Assembly: GCA_001029735.1 (NCBI GenBank)
Contig: CP011213.1
Coordinates: 591,929-655,928 of the forward strand
Origin: Berkelbacteria bacterium GW2011_GWE1_39_12
GTDB taxonomy: Bacteria > Patescibacteriota > UBA1384 > UBA12157
Direction of reading: 5' to 3'
Length of the DNA stretch: 64,000 bases
Part shown: positions 18,729-27,080 of the stretch, one piece after another
Position numbering within the stretch: position 1 is the stretch's first letter
Layout of the letters: the number at the start of each line of letters is the position of its first letter
The notes under the pieces: generated by a model
What the model saw: only the letters and a program-made list of their open reading frames with translations
Told to the model about the DNA's origin: nothing
Database searches by the model: none
Made by a program: the position numbers and the translations under genes

Positions 18729-20096
18729 ATGTTAAGTAGGTATTCATCAAAACAAATGCAAGCCCTTTGGGGCGAGCGTTCAAAGTGGTCGCTGATGCTC
18801 CTGGTTGAGTTAGCCTACATAAAGGCGAAAGCTCAACTTGCGTATCTGCCAATGAGTCTCTATGAGCAGTTTCGCAAACACTCAAAGTTCACGCTGAAAC
18901 GGATCGATGAAATTGAAAACGGTCCGGAAGGTACCGGACATGATGTCTTGGCGTTTGTGAAAACGGTCCAAGAATCGCTGAGGAAAGCGGGGGTTGAACG
19001 TGATGGCGAGTTCCATAAGGGCCTGTCTTCATACAATGCGCAAGACCCCGCGAATATGCTCCGTCTGCGAAAAGCTAATGGGTTAATAATCGAAGCGTTG
19101 TACAAGCTGTACAACAGTTTGAAGAGCATGTCTTTGAAACATAAATGGACTCTGATGCTGGCCTATACTCATGTCCAGGACGCAGAACCGACGACTTTCG
19201 GGCACTTGCTGGCAAACTATGCTTTTCAAATCCGACAGAGGATTCACAAGCTTGAGCGAATCATGGAGGAAGATCTCTGTTGGGGCAATATGGGAGGTAC
19301 AGTTGGCACCTATGCCGGAATTGATATAAAGGTTGCCGAGTTGGCGCTGAGTGAGCTTGGTCTTAAGCCTCGTATTGACACTCAAATCATTTCTCGTGAT
19401 AATCATGCGGAGTTCATGTGTGAATTGGCGATCATCGCCGGTGTCATTGAAGAGATGGCGCGGACTTTCCACATCAGGATGCACAGTGCTATCCATGAAT
19501 TGGAAGAGCCGAAGAAGAAAGGTTATCGTGGCTCCTCGGCAATGTCACATAAGAGAAATCCGAACCTGACCGAACAATTGTTTGGCCTAGCTCGACTGAT
19601 TCGTGCCGCAGCTATGGCAGCTCTGGAGAATATTGAAACGCTGGATTATAGGGACATTGCACAGTCGATCGTCGAGCGTCACATTTTCCCAGATGCTACA
19701 TCTTTGGTTCATCATGCGGTGACGAAGATGACCAAGCTGGTCGAAGGTTTGGTCGTATGTACAGACAGAATGAAGGAACGCGTCGAAGTGGATTCACTCG
19801 GCGTTTGGGCTACGCAGCAGGTAAGAATAGCACTGATGGATGCTGGCGTCTCGTATGACGAAGCATATCTTTACACACAAGCCTGTGCATTTCAGGCTGT
19901 GTCTGAGAAGCGCCACATACTGGACGTCATGTGTGTCAAAGAAGTCTCGGAGACCAACAAAAACACCGCCGATGGTGTCTTGGGTGTAGATAAGTTAAAG
20001 AGCTGTTTCGACGCCAAGAGTTATATCGAATCCGGCATTGAATACAGTTTCACCAAGGCGTTTCCTGAGCTAACAGAAATAAGCGCAGCGGTGTAG
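18729..20096 (+). CDS. purB: adenylosuccinate lyase (PurB), GC-rich
   Basis: Fumarate-lyase signature 'GSSAMSHKRNPNLTEQLFGLARL' and an N-terminus 'YSSKQMQALWGERSKWSLMLLVELAYIKA' typical of PurB, at 455 aa. Confidence 0.8.
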   Translation: MLSRYSSKQMQALWGERSKWSLMLLVELAYIKAKAQLAYLPMSLYEQFRKHSKFTLKRIDEIENGPEGTGHDVLAFVKTVQESLRKAGVERDGEFHKGLSSYNAQDPANMLRLRKANGLIIEALYKLYNSLKSMSLKHKWTLMLAYTHVQDAEPTTFGHLLANYAFQIRQRIHKLERIMEEDLCWGNMGGTVGTYAGIDIKVAELALSELGLKPRIDTQIISRDNHAEFMCELAIIAGVIEEMARTFHIRMHSAIHELEEPKKKGYRGSSAMSHKRNPNLTEQLFGLARLIRAAAMAALENIETLDYRDIAQSIVERHIFPDATSLVHHAVTKMTKLVEGLVVCTDRMKERVEVDSLGVWATQQVRIALMDAGVSYDEAYLYTQACAFQAVSEKRHILDVMCVKEVSETNKNTADGVLGVDKLKSCFDAKSYIESGIEYSFTKAFPELTEISAAV

Positions 20097-20129
20097 AACA
20101 AAGGCGAACAAAATACGAAAGAAAAAGGA

Positions 20130-21470
20130 GTGGAAACGGAAATGATCAAATACGAAAAGGGCGAAATGATCAGCGAAGGGAAGACCAAACAGGTCTTCAA
20201 GGTGGTGGGACATCCCGGTTTGGTAATCATAAGGGCTAAGGACGACATCACTGCTTTCGATCAGGCAAAGTACACGAAGCAATTTCCTGGCAAAGGCATC
20301 TGCTCTACTACGATTACCTGCCGTGTTTTTGAACTGCTAAAGGCAGCCGGAATACCGGTGGGGTATCGTGAACAGCTTTCGGAGCGGGAATTCCTGGCCG
20401 AGGAAGGCACGATGATTCCGCTTGAAGTAATTGGGCGGCGCTGTGTTGCACCGGAAAGCAGTTGCCTGAAGCGGACACCTCAGATCGATCCGAAATCTAT
20501 TGACCCCGTGATCCGTCTGCCGAGGCTTTCTGTGGAGTTCGACCTCAAGACGACGGGAGGCGGCTTCATAGATCGATTCGGTGATCGGGTGGAGCTTGGA
20601 TTGAACGCTGAGCGCAAAGAGGAAGATCCACTGATCGAAGATCCTTATTCTCAAGAATGGCAGTTGCTGCACAGCAAAAAGCCCGCTTGGGAGGATGGGG
20701 CTCGGCTTGGATCCGTTCAGCGTGACCAGGTCATTTCGGACATAGCATTGATCGACAAAATGGATGATCTGACACGCCGGCTGTTCCTGGTTCTCGAAGG
20801 TATGTGGAAAATGCTCGGCTACCACATCCTCGACATCAAAGTCGAATACGGCTTCAACGCTCGTGGCGAATTGATGTTGTTTGATGTTATCGATGCCGAC
20901 TCCTGGAGACTGCGCGACCGGAAATGGGAAGACTTCAGCAAGCAGTCTTTCCGAGACGGTCAGGACCTGGATCGAGTTGCCCGCAAGTTCTGGATTGTCG
21001 CTGACAAGATCCAGCAGTTTGCCATTCCGGATCAGACTCTTGTGGTTTGGCGCGGTTCCGATAAGGATAGCTGGCCTTTGGCGCCAGAATCATATGAGGA
21101 CGTGCCGAATCTTAAGATCGAAATGGTCACGCTTTCAGGGCACAAGCAGACTGGGATGTGCCTCGACAAGCTCAACGATCTGCAGCGCGACTATCCTTCA
21201 GGGGTAATTCTTGCGGCAGTTGGCATGAGTAACGGGCTTGGCCCTGTCTTGGCCGCCCACTCTGTCTGGCCGGTGATTGGAATGCCAGCAACGGCGAAGG
21301 AATTTCCTGAAGACGTCTGGAGCAGTCTTCGGACACCGTCGCAGACCCCAATGCTTGTTTGTCTAGAGAAAAACGCTGTTAATGCAGCACGGAATCTCTT
21401 GGCACTCCAAAACCCCGTACTGTATATGAAACAGCAGCGAGCGGTCGAAGAACTTGATCGCTGTGCATAG
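20130..21470 (+). CDS. fused SAICAR synthetase (PurC, N-terminal) and AIR carboxylase/PurE-like (C-terminal) protein; PAICS-like domain order
   Basis: N-terminus 'EGKTKQVFKVVGHPGLVIIRAKDDITAFDQAKYTKQFPGKGICSTTITCRVFELLKAAGIP' is a PurC signature. C-terminus 'LVVWRGSDKDSW...SGHK...GVILAAVGMSNGLGPVLAAHSVWPVIGMP...NAVNAARNLLAL' is a PurE fold. Confidence 0.7.
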   Translation: METEMIKYEKGEMISEGKTKQVFKVVGHPGLVIIRAKDDITAFDQAKYTKQFPGKGICSTTITCRVFELLKAAGIPVGYREQLSEREFLAEEGTMIPLEVIGRRCVAPESSCLKRTPQIDPKSIDPVIRLPRLSVEFDLKTTGGGFIDRFGDRVELGLNAERKEEDPLIEDPYSQEWQLLHSKKPAWEDGARLGSVQRDQVISDIALIDKMDDLTRRLFLVLEGMWKMLGYHILDIKVEYGFNARGELMLFDVIDADSWRLRDRKWEDFSKQSFRDGQDLDRVARKFWIVADKIQQFAIPDQTLVVWRGSDKDSWPLAPESYEDVPNLKIEMVTLSGHKQTGMCLDKLNDLQRDYPSGVILAAVGMSNGLGPVLAAHSVWPVIGMPATAKEFPEDVWSSLRTPSQTPMLVCLEKNAVNAARNLLALQNPVLYMKQQRAVEELDRCA

Positions 21471-21486
21471 AGTATGTTTCACGTAG

Positions 21487-21520
21487 GAGTCAGCCTTTTA
21501 GGCCGGCTCCTTTTTAATTA
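21487..21520 (+). terminator. putative terminator after the purC-purE fusion gene
   Basis: GC-rich imperfect hairpin GGAGTCAGCC..GGCCGGCTCC followed by TTTTT. Confidence 0.4.
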
Positions 21521-21631
21521 CTTTACATTTCTAATAGATCGGCTTATCCACAGCCTTTTGCTGTATTTTTTTTTAATTTATGTGTTACTTTGAGGTGGGA
21601 GTACTTTTTATAAACTAATAGGGACCGGAGG

Positions 21632-23092
21632 TTGGAAATGAGTGGAGAACTACATGAAGAATGCGGAGTATTTGGGATTAGCGCTGAAGGCGAAGACGTT
21701 GCTAGATTAACCCATGCAGCCATACTTTGGTTGCAACATCGAGGGCAGGAATCGGCCGGTATTGCTACATCAGATGGTCAAGAAATTAGGTTGCAGAAAC
21801 AAGATGGTAGAGTTGACCATTTTACAGAAGAACAAATGGTTATGCTAACCGGTAAGAATCCGTTGGCCATGATGGCTATTGGTCATAATAGATACTCTAA
21901 CACTGGTGGAAATATCTATGAAAACTTTCAACCATTTGTGGTTCAAACTTCATTAACTCCACTAGCTTTGGCTCACAATGGGAATTTGGTTAACCCTGAT
22001 GCTATTGCAAAAAAGTTGAAAGATCTAGGTGTTACGCCTCAGGGCTCATCTGATAGCGAATTGATTGCTTTGTTAATTGCAGCGGAAAGTCAGAATGCAT
22101 CGAGTATTGAAAAAGCAATCGAGCTTACCATAAAACAATTGGTTGGTGCTTATTCATTAGTGATAATGACTAAGGATCAATTGATTGGCGTTCGTGATCC
22201 GTGGGGCATCAGACCGCTTAGCTTGGGTCGACTTAATGATCATCATTATCTTTTGGCTTCAGAAACCTGTGCAATAGAGGCTGTAGGTGGTAGTTTATTC
22301 AGAGATCTGGAACCCGGAGAAATGGTTGTAATTGACAAAGGCGCTGAGCCAAGATTTTCTCAAATATTGCCAAAACAATGCAAAAAACTCTGTATTTTCG
22401 AGTTTATATATTTTGCTTCTCCAGGAAGCATTATGTATAATCGTTTGTTGCAAACTGCCAGACGTCATATGGGAGAAATGCTCTGGAAAGAATTTCCTCT
22501 CAAAATAGATAATCCTGACGAATGGGTAGTTGGCGGCGTGCCAAACACAGGTCTTCCAGCAGCTCAAGGATTTGCCGAAGCCTCTGGACTTGAGTTTCGT
22601 AATATTATAGTCAAAAATCCCTATGTTTTTCGAACGTTCATCCAACCAGATCAACGACTCCGAAAACTTGGAGTTAAGGCCAAGCTATTGCCTCTTCCTC
22701 GCGAAGTCATGAAGAAAAAAGTGATTTTGGTTGAGGATTCGATTGTTCGAGGTAATACCTCGGGTGAGATTATTGAAATGCTTCGTAAAGCTGGTGCCAA
22801 AGAAGTGCACATGATGATTTCTTCGCCGCCATATATACACCGCTGTTACATGGGTGTAGATACTCAATATAGTAGCGAGTTGATTGCTGCCCAAAAGTCG
22901 ATCGAAGAGATCCGACAGTTTATCAAGGCTGATTCATTAAGCTACCTCTCGTTGCCTGGACTCATTGCTGCAATCAATAAGGAAAAATACGAGGAACCAA
23001 TCCCGCCAGGATCTTTCTGCGACGCCTGTTTCACAGGTAAGTATCCTTTCCCCATCCCTCAGGAAGAGGGAAGATTCGAGCTGAGCGCTTGA
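21632..23092 (+). CDS. purF: amidophosphoribosyltransferase (glutamine-PRPP amidotransferase, PurF)
   Basis: A propeptide precedes the catalytic Cys ('EECGVFGI'); 'IGHNRYSNTGG'; PRTase motif 'VILVEDSIVRGNTS'; C-terminal Cys pattern. Its composition is closer to the host than the three genes upstream. Confidence 0.85.
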   Translation: MEMSGELHEECGVFGISAEGEDVARLTHAAILWLQHRGQESAGIATSDGQEIRLQKQDGRVDHFTEEQMVMLTGKNPLAMMAIGHNRYSNTGGNIYENFQPFVVQTSLTPLALAHNGNLVNPDAIAKKLKDLGVTPQGSSDSELIALLIAAESQNASSIEKAIELTIKQLVGAYSLVIMTKDQLIGVRDPWGIRPLSLGRLNDHHYLLASETCAIEAVGGSLFRDLEPGEMVVIDKGAEPRFSQILPKQCKKLCIFEFIYFASPGSIMYNRLLQTARRHMGEMLWKEFPLKIDNPDEWVVGGVPNTGLPAAQGFAEASGLEFRNIIVKNPYVFRTFIQPDQRLRKLGVKAKLLPLPREVMKKKVILVEDSIVRGNTSGEIIEMLRKAGAKEVHMMISSPPYIHRCYMGVDTQYSSELIAAQKSIEEIRQFIKADSLSYLSLPGLIAAINKEKYEEPIPPGSFCDACFTGKYPFPIPQEEGRFELSA

Positions 23093-23100
23093 GTTCAATT

Positions 23101-23125
23101 CCCCGTGAGCAATCACGGGGTTTTT
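23101..23125 (+). terminator. rho-independent terminator after purF, in the convergent gap
   Basis: CCCCGTGA-GCAA-TCACGGGG hairpin followed by TTTTT. Confidence 0.7.
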
Positions 23126-23129
23126 GTAT

Positions 23130-23705
23130 TTAAAGTTCTTCCCACTCGATTGGTTTTTCGGGGAATGCGGCCATGTAGGCATAGCCGCGAAAGTTTCGAT
23201 ATATCTTTCCGACATTTAGAGTTCTTAAAAAGTCGACCATTTCAGAGGTGACATCTTTGGGTTTTTTGTCAGTTTCGCCCGCAAATTCGATTTCCACAAA
23301 GTCACCCAGACCTTTAACCTTGTCGATGCTTATTTCATATTTTTTATATTTATAAATGATTCGGGTTTTATCGACTTGGCAAATCTTTTTATGTTCTAAT
23401 GCCTCAAAAATTCTTTCTAAGTTTTTATAATTTTCAATTTTAGTTTCATATTCATCACAATGATGGCTACGTCCGGTTTCGTCATATTTCCAATTCTTAT
23501 AGTTAATGGAATCTCCCTTTTCTGAACTACGAAGTCTGAGCCATTCGTTCACTTTTTTCTTCGCCAAAAAATTCCTATGTTTAGGTGTAAAATATTTATC
23601 GATTTGTCTTTGTGTGCCAGTCAGTTTTGCATTTTCTTTCAAAAAATCGATCAATGGTTTGGTTTTTTGTAATTTAACTTGAATTTCGATTTCAATATTT
23701 TTCAT
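23130..23705 (-). CDS. CYTH-domain protein (CyaB/thiamine-triphosphatase-like)
   Basis: The N-terminal 'EIEIQVKL' ExExK-type motif and acidic/basic strand motifs fit the CYTH triphosphate-tunnel fold, at 191 aa. Confidence 0.55.
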   Translation of the reverse strand: MKNIEIEIQVKLQKTKPLIDFLKENAKLTGTQRQIDKYFTPKHRNFLAKKKVNEWLRLRSSEKGDSINYKNWKYDETGRSHHCDEYETKIENYKNLERIFEALEHKKICQVDKTRIIYKYKKYEISIDKVKGLGDFVEIEFAGETDKKPKDVTSEMVDFLRTLNVGKIYRNFRGYAYMAAFPEKPIEWEEL

Positions 23706-23772
23706 AATGATTAATAAAATCTTACACCCATGGTTGATTTTTTGCCACTTTTAAGGTAGAATATAGGTGTTG

Positions 23773-23858
23773 GCCCGAGTGCTGGAATGGTAGACAGGCT
23801 ACCTTGAGGTGGTAGTGTCCGCAAGGGCGTGGAGGTTCGACTCCTCTCTCGGGCACCA
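23773..23858 (+). tRNA. tRNA-Leu (anticodon GAG), class II, CCA encoded
   Basis: Acceptor GCCCGAG pairs with CTCGGGC; anticodon stem CTACC/GGTAG with loop TTGAGGT; long variable arm; T-arm GGAGGTTCGACTCCTCT. Confidence 0.85.
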
Positions 23859-23896
23859 ACAAATGACAAAATTAGGCGGTTTGAATTTATATCTGA

Positions 23897-23971
23897 GGGT
23901 GGCTAGCTCAATGGTAGAGCATCTCGTTTACATCGAGGAGGTTACAGGTTCGAATCCTGTGCTACCCACCA
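23897..23971 (+). tRNA. tRNA-Val (anticodon TAC), CCA encoded
   Basis: Acceptor GGGTGGC pairs with GCTACCC (one G-U pair); D-arm GCTCAATGGTAGAGC; anticodon loop TTTACAT; T-arm CAGGTTCGAATCCTG. Confidence 0.8.
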
Positions 23972-23983
23972 ATAAGGAATTAT

Positions 23984-24511
23984 ATGTTAGAACTCGTAGC
24001 TCCATCAAAAAAATATAAAAAATCTTTTCTAGAAGCTAGTGAAGAATATAAGAATACGGACTCCGGTCAGGGGATTGACCAGTCAATGAAAGAAATCTGT
24101 TCGGAAATTGATTTTAATAAATTTGTTGAAGAAAAAATTGACCATTCTAAAGGAATTAATATAGCTAATGGTTATGTTCCTGCAAGCGAATTTTGGTTAA
24201 TTGAGGGAGATGAATTTATTGGGCGAACAAGTATTCGGCATTCTCTTAATGAAAATTTAAAAAAAATTGGTGGTCACATTGGATATACAATTAGACCAAG
24301 TAGGAGGAAAATGGGATATGGTACAAAAATACTTCAACTTTCATTACCTAAAGCAAAAGAACTTGGTATTGATAAAGCACTATTAACTTGTGACAAAGAT
24401 AACATTGGTTCGGCAAAAATAATCGAAAAAAATGGCGGTGTTTTGGAGAACGAATTAGAGCAAAGCGAAGGAAAGCCACCCAAGCTTCGGTATTGGATAA
24501 ATTTTAATTGA
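23984..24511 (+). CDS. GNAT-family N-acetyltransferase
   Basis: Acetyl-CoA-binding motif 'RRKMGYGTKILQ' (R/Q-x-x-G-x-G/A) and a 'LTCDKDNIGSAKIIEKNGG' core. Confidence 0.7.
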   Translation: MLELVAPSKKYKKSFLEASEEYKNTDSGQGIDQSMKEICSEIDFNKFVEEKIDHSKGINIANGYVPASEFWLIEGDEFIGRTSIRHSLNENLKKIGGHIGYTIRPSRRKMGYGTKILQLSLPKAKELGIDKALLTCDKDNIGSAKIIEKNGGVLENELEQSEGKPPKLRYWINFN

Positions 24512-24655
24512 TAACCTATTGGATTATCAAATTCGTTTTTTTCTTCTGACGGATGTTTTATTTGGTGAATGCTCGGAATTTCTTTTGCCTGTTTGAGCCG
24601 AATGGATTTTCTACTTGATTAAAAACCCATATTTTGGTAAGATGTAAAAGTAATT

Positions 24656-24730
24656 GCCTGGGTAGCTCAGTGGTAGAGCACATGACTGAAAATCATGGTG
24701 TCGGCAGTCCGATCCTGCCCCCAGGCACCA
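24656..24730 (+). tRNA. tRNA-Phe (anticodon GAA), CCA encoded
   Basis: Acceptor GCCTGGG pairs with CCCAGGC; D-arm AGCTCAGTGGTAGAGC; anticodon stem CATGA/TCATG with loop CTGAAAA; T-arm GGCAGTCCGATCCTGCC. Confidence 0.85.
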
Positions 24731-24793
24731 GTTTCTTATGAGTAGCAATAGATGATTTTCGTTGGCTGGTTGAATTTGGTCTGTCTTTCGACA

Positions 24794-24835
24794 GACCCTG
24801 CCCGCGTGCTGCTGCAGGCACCAGTTTCTATCTTG
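24794..24835 (+). pseudogene. degenerate copy of the tRNA-Phe 3' end plus 6 nt of its 3' flank
   Basis: CCCTGCCCGCGTGCTGCTGCAGGCACCAGTTTCT matches CCTGCCCCCAGGCACCAGTTTCT at the tRNA 3' end. It is preceded by a perfect 8-bp hairpin at 24778-24797. Confidence 0.55.
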
Positions 24836-24939
24836 TACCGCGTTCAGATAAATATTAATTACTGACGAGATTTTTTGCATAGCAAAGATTACCCAACGCG
24901 GAAAGAAAAATATAGCCAAGCTTTCCTTGTCGCGAAAAT

Positions 24940-25395
24940 TTGCGAACAATTATGAAAACATTTTCCAACATTGCTATGGGCAAACTATTTCGTCCAGATT
25001 ACATCTTTTCGGCCACACCGCCGGCAAATGGTTTGTATATTTATCTGCTGATTGTTTTTGGTTTGATGATTGTAATTGCAATTTTGCTGGCGTTTTTCAA
25101 ATCAAAGTTAGAAAAAATATATCTAAAACTGCAAAACAGAATCTTTAATCTACTGCTGACACTTGGAATTATTGGTTTATTCTTTGTACTTTTCCGCTAT
25201 GAACAAATTCCATATTTCGGCAGTCGACTAATGATCCTGCTTCTACTTTTAACTTTTCTTTTTTGGGGCGGCTGGATCGCATTTTATTGGATCTTTGAAA
25301 TCCCGCAAGAAAAATTAGAAGCACGTAAGAAGCAAAAATTTATCAAATATTTGCCGCAAGCCGCGAAGCGGAAAATTCGCGGGTCAACCCGGTAA
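24940..25395 (+). CDS. hypothetical membrane protein (3-4 TM helices)
   Basis: Hydrophobic translation. The real start may be the second ATG, at about 24952. Confidence 0.4.
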   Translation: MRTIMKTFSNIAMGKLFRPDYIFSATPPANGLYIYLLIVFGLMIVIAILLAFFKSKLEKIYLKLQNRIFNLLLTLGIIGLFFVLFRYEQIPYFGSRLMILLLLLTFLFWGGWIAFYWIFEIPQEKLEARKKQKFIKYLPQAAKRKIRGSTR

Positions 25396-25437
25396 CCGGG
25401 TAGATCTGTCCTGAAAGACAGCGAAAGGAAATATATC

Positions 25438-26574
25438 ATGGCAAAAGAAGGTAGCGACAAGATTCAAGAGATTACGACAATGAAGGATCTAGCGGAAAGT
25501 TTTTCTAACCGTTTGGTCCCGTTTAAGAATGGGGAAATTATTGAGGTTAAGGTTCAAGAAATCCTCAAGAGCAAAATTGTGGTCGATGTGGCCGGATTTT
25601 GTGTAGGAATCATTCCTGAGAGAGAATTTTCACCGGATATGAGCGAAGTAAAAGTCGATGAAAAGATTTTGGCTTACGTTTTGACTTTAGAAAATTCAGA
25701 AGGAAACTGTATTTTGTCTTTACGACGCGCAGACAAAGAAAAAGTTTCCAAAATTTTGGACGAGAAATTTACCGCTGGTGGTGTACTGACGGTTAAGTGC
25801 AGCGATGCTAACCGTGGTGGACTTCTTTGTTCCTTTGGTGATTACGAAGGTTTCTTACCAGTTTCTCAGTTATCTTCATCTCACTATCCAAAAGTTTCTT
25901 CGGGCGACAAAGAAGAAATTTTGGGTAAGCTTCGCCAATTTGTTGGACAAAATTTTCAAGTTAAAATCTTGTCTTTTGAGCCAGCCAATAATAAATTAAT
26001 CTTTTCTGAAAAAGCAGCTGGTGATATTGTTCAACAAGAAAAAATAAAAAAATATAAAGTTGGGGACGAGTTAGACGGGGAAATCACTGGTATTGTTGAT
26101 TTCGGCTTATTTATTAATTTAGGTGAGATCGAAGGCTTGGTCCACATTAGTGAAGCCGCTTGGGAGCATGTCGAAAGTTTGAAAGATTTATTCAAAGTTG
26201 GCGAAAAAGTTAAAGTGGTTATCATCTCAATCGAAAATAATCGTATTTCGCTTTCAATTAAACGATTAACCCCAGATCCTTGGATTAAATCAGTTGAAAA
26301 ATATAAAATTGGAGCCGATGTCAAAGGCGAAGTAACGCGTATTACTCCTTATGGCGCTTTTGTTTCTTTGGGTGAAGTTGGTGGCTTAGTTCACGTTTCC
26401 GAAATGGGTGAAAAAGTAACCAACCCGTCTGAAGTATTGGAAGTTGGAAAATCGTATAACTTTAAAATCATTTCAGTTGAACCGGAAATTCATAAACTAA
26501 GTCTTTCGATGAAAGACTCGGGCGCGCCTAAAGAAAAAAAGTCTGCCAAAAAAAGCACCAAAGAGGAGAAATAA
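25438..26574 (+). CDS. rpsA: 30S ribosomal protein S1 (four S1 domains)
   Basis: Repeated S1 OB motifs 'GDELDGEITGIVDFGLFINLGEIEGLVHISE' and 'GADVKGEVTRITPYGAFVSLGEVGGLVHVSE'. Confidence 0.8.
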   Translation: MAKEGSDKIQEITTMKDLAESFSNRLVPFKNGEIIEVKVQEILKSKIVVDVAGFCVGIIPEREFSPDMSEVKVDEKILAYVLTLENSEGNCILSLRRADKEKVSKILDEKFTAGGVLTVKCSDANRGGLLCSFGDYEGFLPVSQLSSSHYPKVSSGDKEEILGKLRQFVGQNFQVKILSFEPANNKLIFSEKAAGDIVQQEKIKKYKVGDELDGEITGIVDFGLFINLGEIEGLVHISEAAWEHVESLKDLFKVGEKVKVVIISIENNRISLSIKRLTPDPWIKSVEKYKIGADVKGEVTRITPYGAFVSLGEVGGLVHVSEMGEKVTNPSEVLEVGKSYNFKIISVEPEIHKLSLSMKDSGAPKEKKSAKKSTKEEK

Positions 26575-26603
26575 ATAATGAGACTGCATAGAGCGGAGGC
26601 GAG

Positions 26604-27080
26604 ATGATTATTCATTGGGAGGGGGGCAAAGACTTTTCAATTAAGACTAAAACCATCACCGCTAAAATCGGAGAAAAAACACAGCTAGGTGATTTGCAAA
26701 TTTCCGGCCCTGGCGAATACGAAGTTGGCGGCGTGCAAATCGAAGTGGTCGATGGAATTGTTGAAGTCTATGCCGAAGGAATCTGCATCGGTCATATTCA
26801 GAAAGCAAAAATTCTTTCGGAAACTGAATTGGAAAAATTAAACGGCATCGATATTTTGCTTGTTGGTGTTGGTGGCGGTGATTTTACTGAAACCAAGACA
26901 GCTTTACAGTCAATCGCTCAGATTGATCCATCAGTTGTTGTGCCGATGTATGAAAGTAATTTAGAGGAATTTGCCAAAGAAGAAGGAATTACCACAGAGG
27001 GGAAAGACGAATTAAAAATCTCCAAAGCCGATCTTCCTGTTGAAGGAAGACAAGTGGTGGTTCTCAATGCTTGTCGATAA
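26604..27080 (+). CDS. hypothetical protein
   Basis: 158-aa ORF with no recognisable motif. It overlaps the nrnA start. Confidence 0.35.
   Translation: MIIHWEGGKDFSIKTKTITAKIGEKTQLGDLQISGPGEYEVGGVQIEVVDGIVEVYAEGICIGHIQKAKILSETELEKLNGIDILLVGVGGGDFTETKTALQSIAQIDPSVVVPMYESNLEEFAKEEGITTEGKDELKISKADLPVEGRQVVVLNACR

Noticed and set aside
23093-23127. T-loop-like motif GTTCAATTCCCCG, considered as a possible tRNA fragment or att remnant marking the right end of the purine island
   Set aside because: The sequence forms a clean CCCCGTGA/TCACGGGG hairpin plus T-tract and is better explained as the purF intrinsic terminator. The similarity to a T-arm is limited to about 11 nt.
23809-24018. Plus-strand ORF (69 aa) across tRNA-Leu(GAG) and tRNA-Val
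   Set aside because: It overlaps two well-folded tRNA genes, so it is a spurious ORF.
24611-24949. Minus-strand ORF (112 aa) across tRNA-Phe and the downstream repeat
   Set aside because: It lies antisense to a tRNA and its partial copy, and has no RBS or coding signal.
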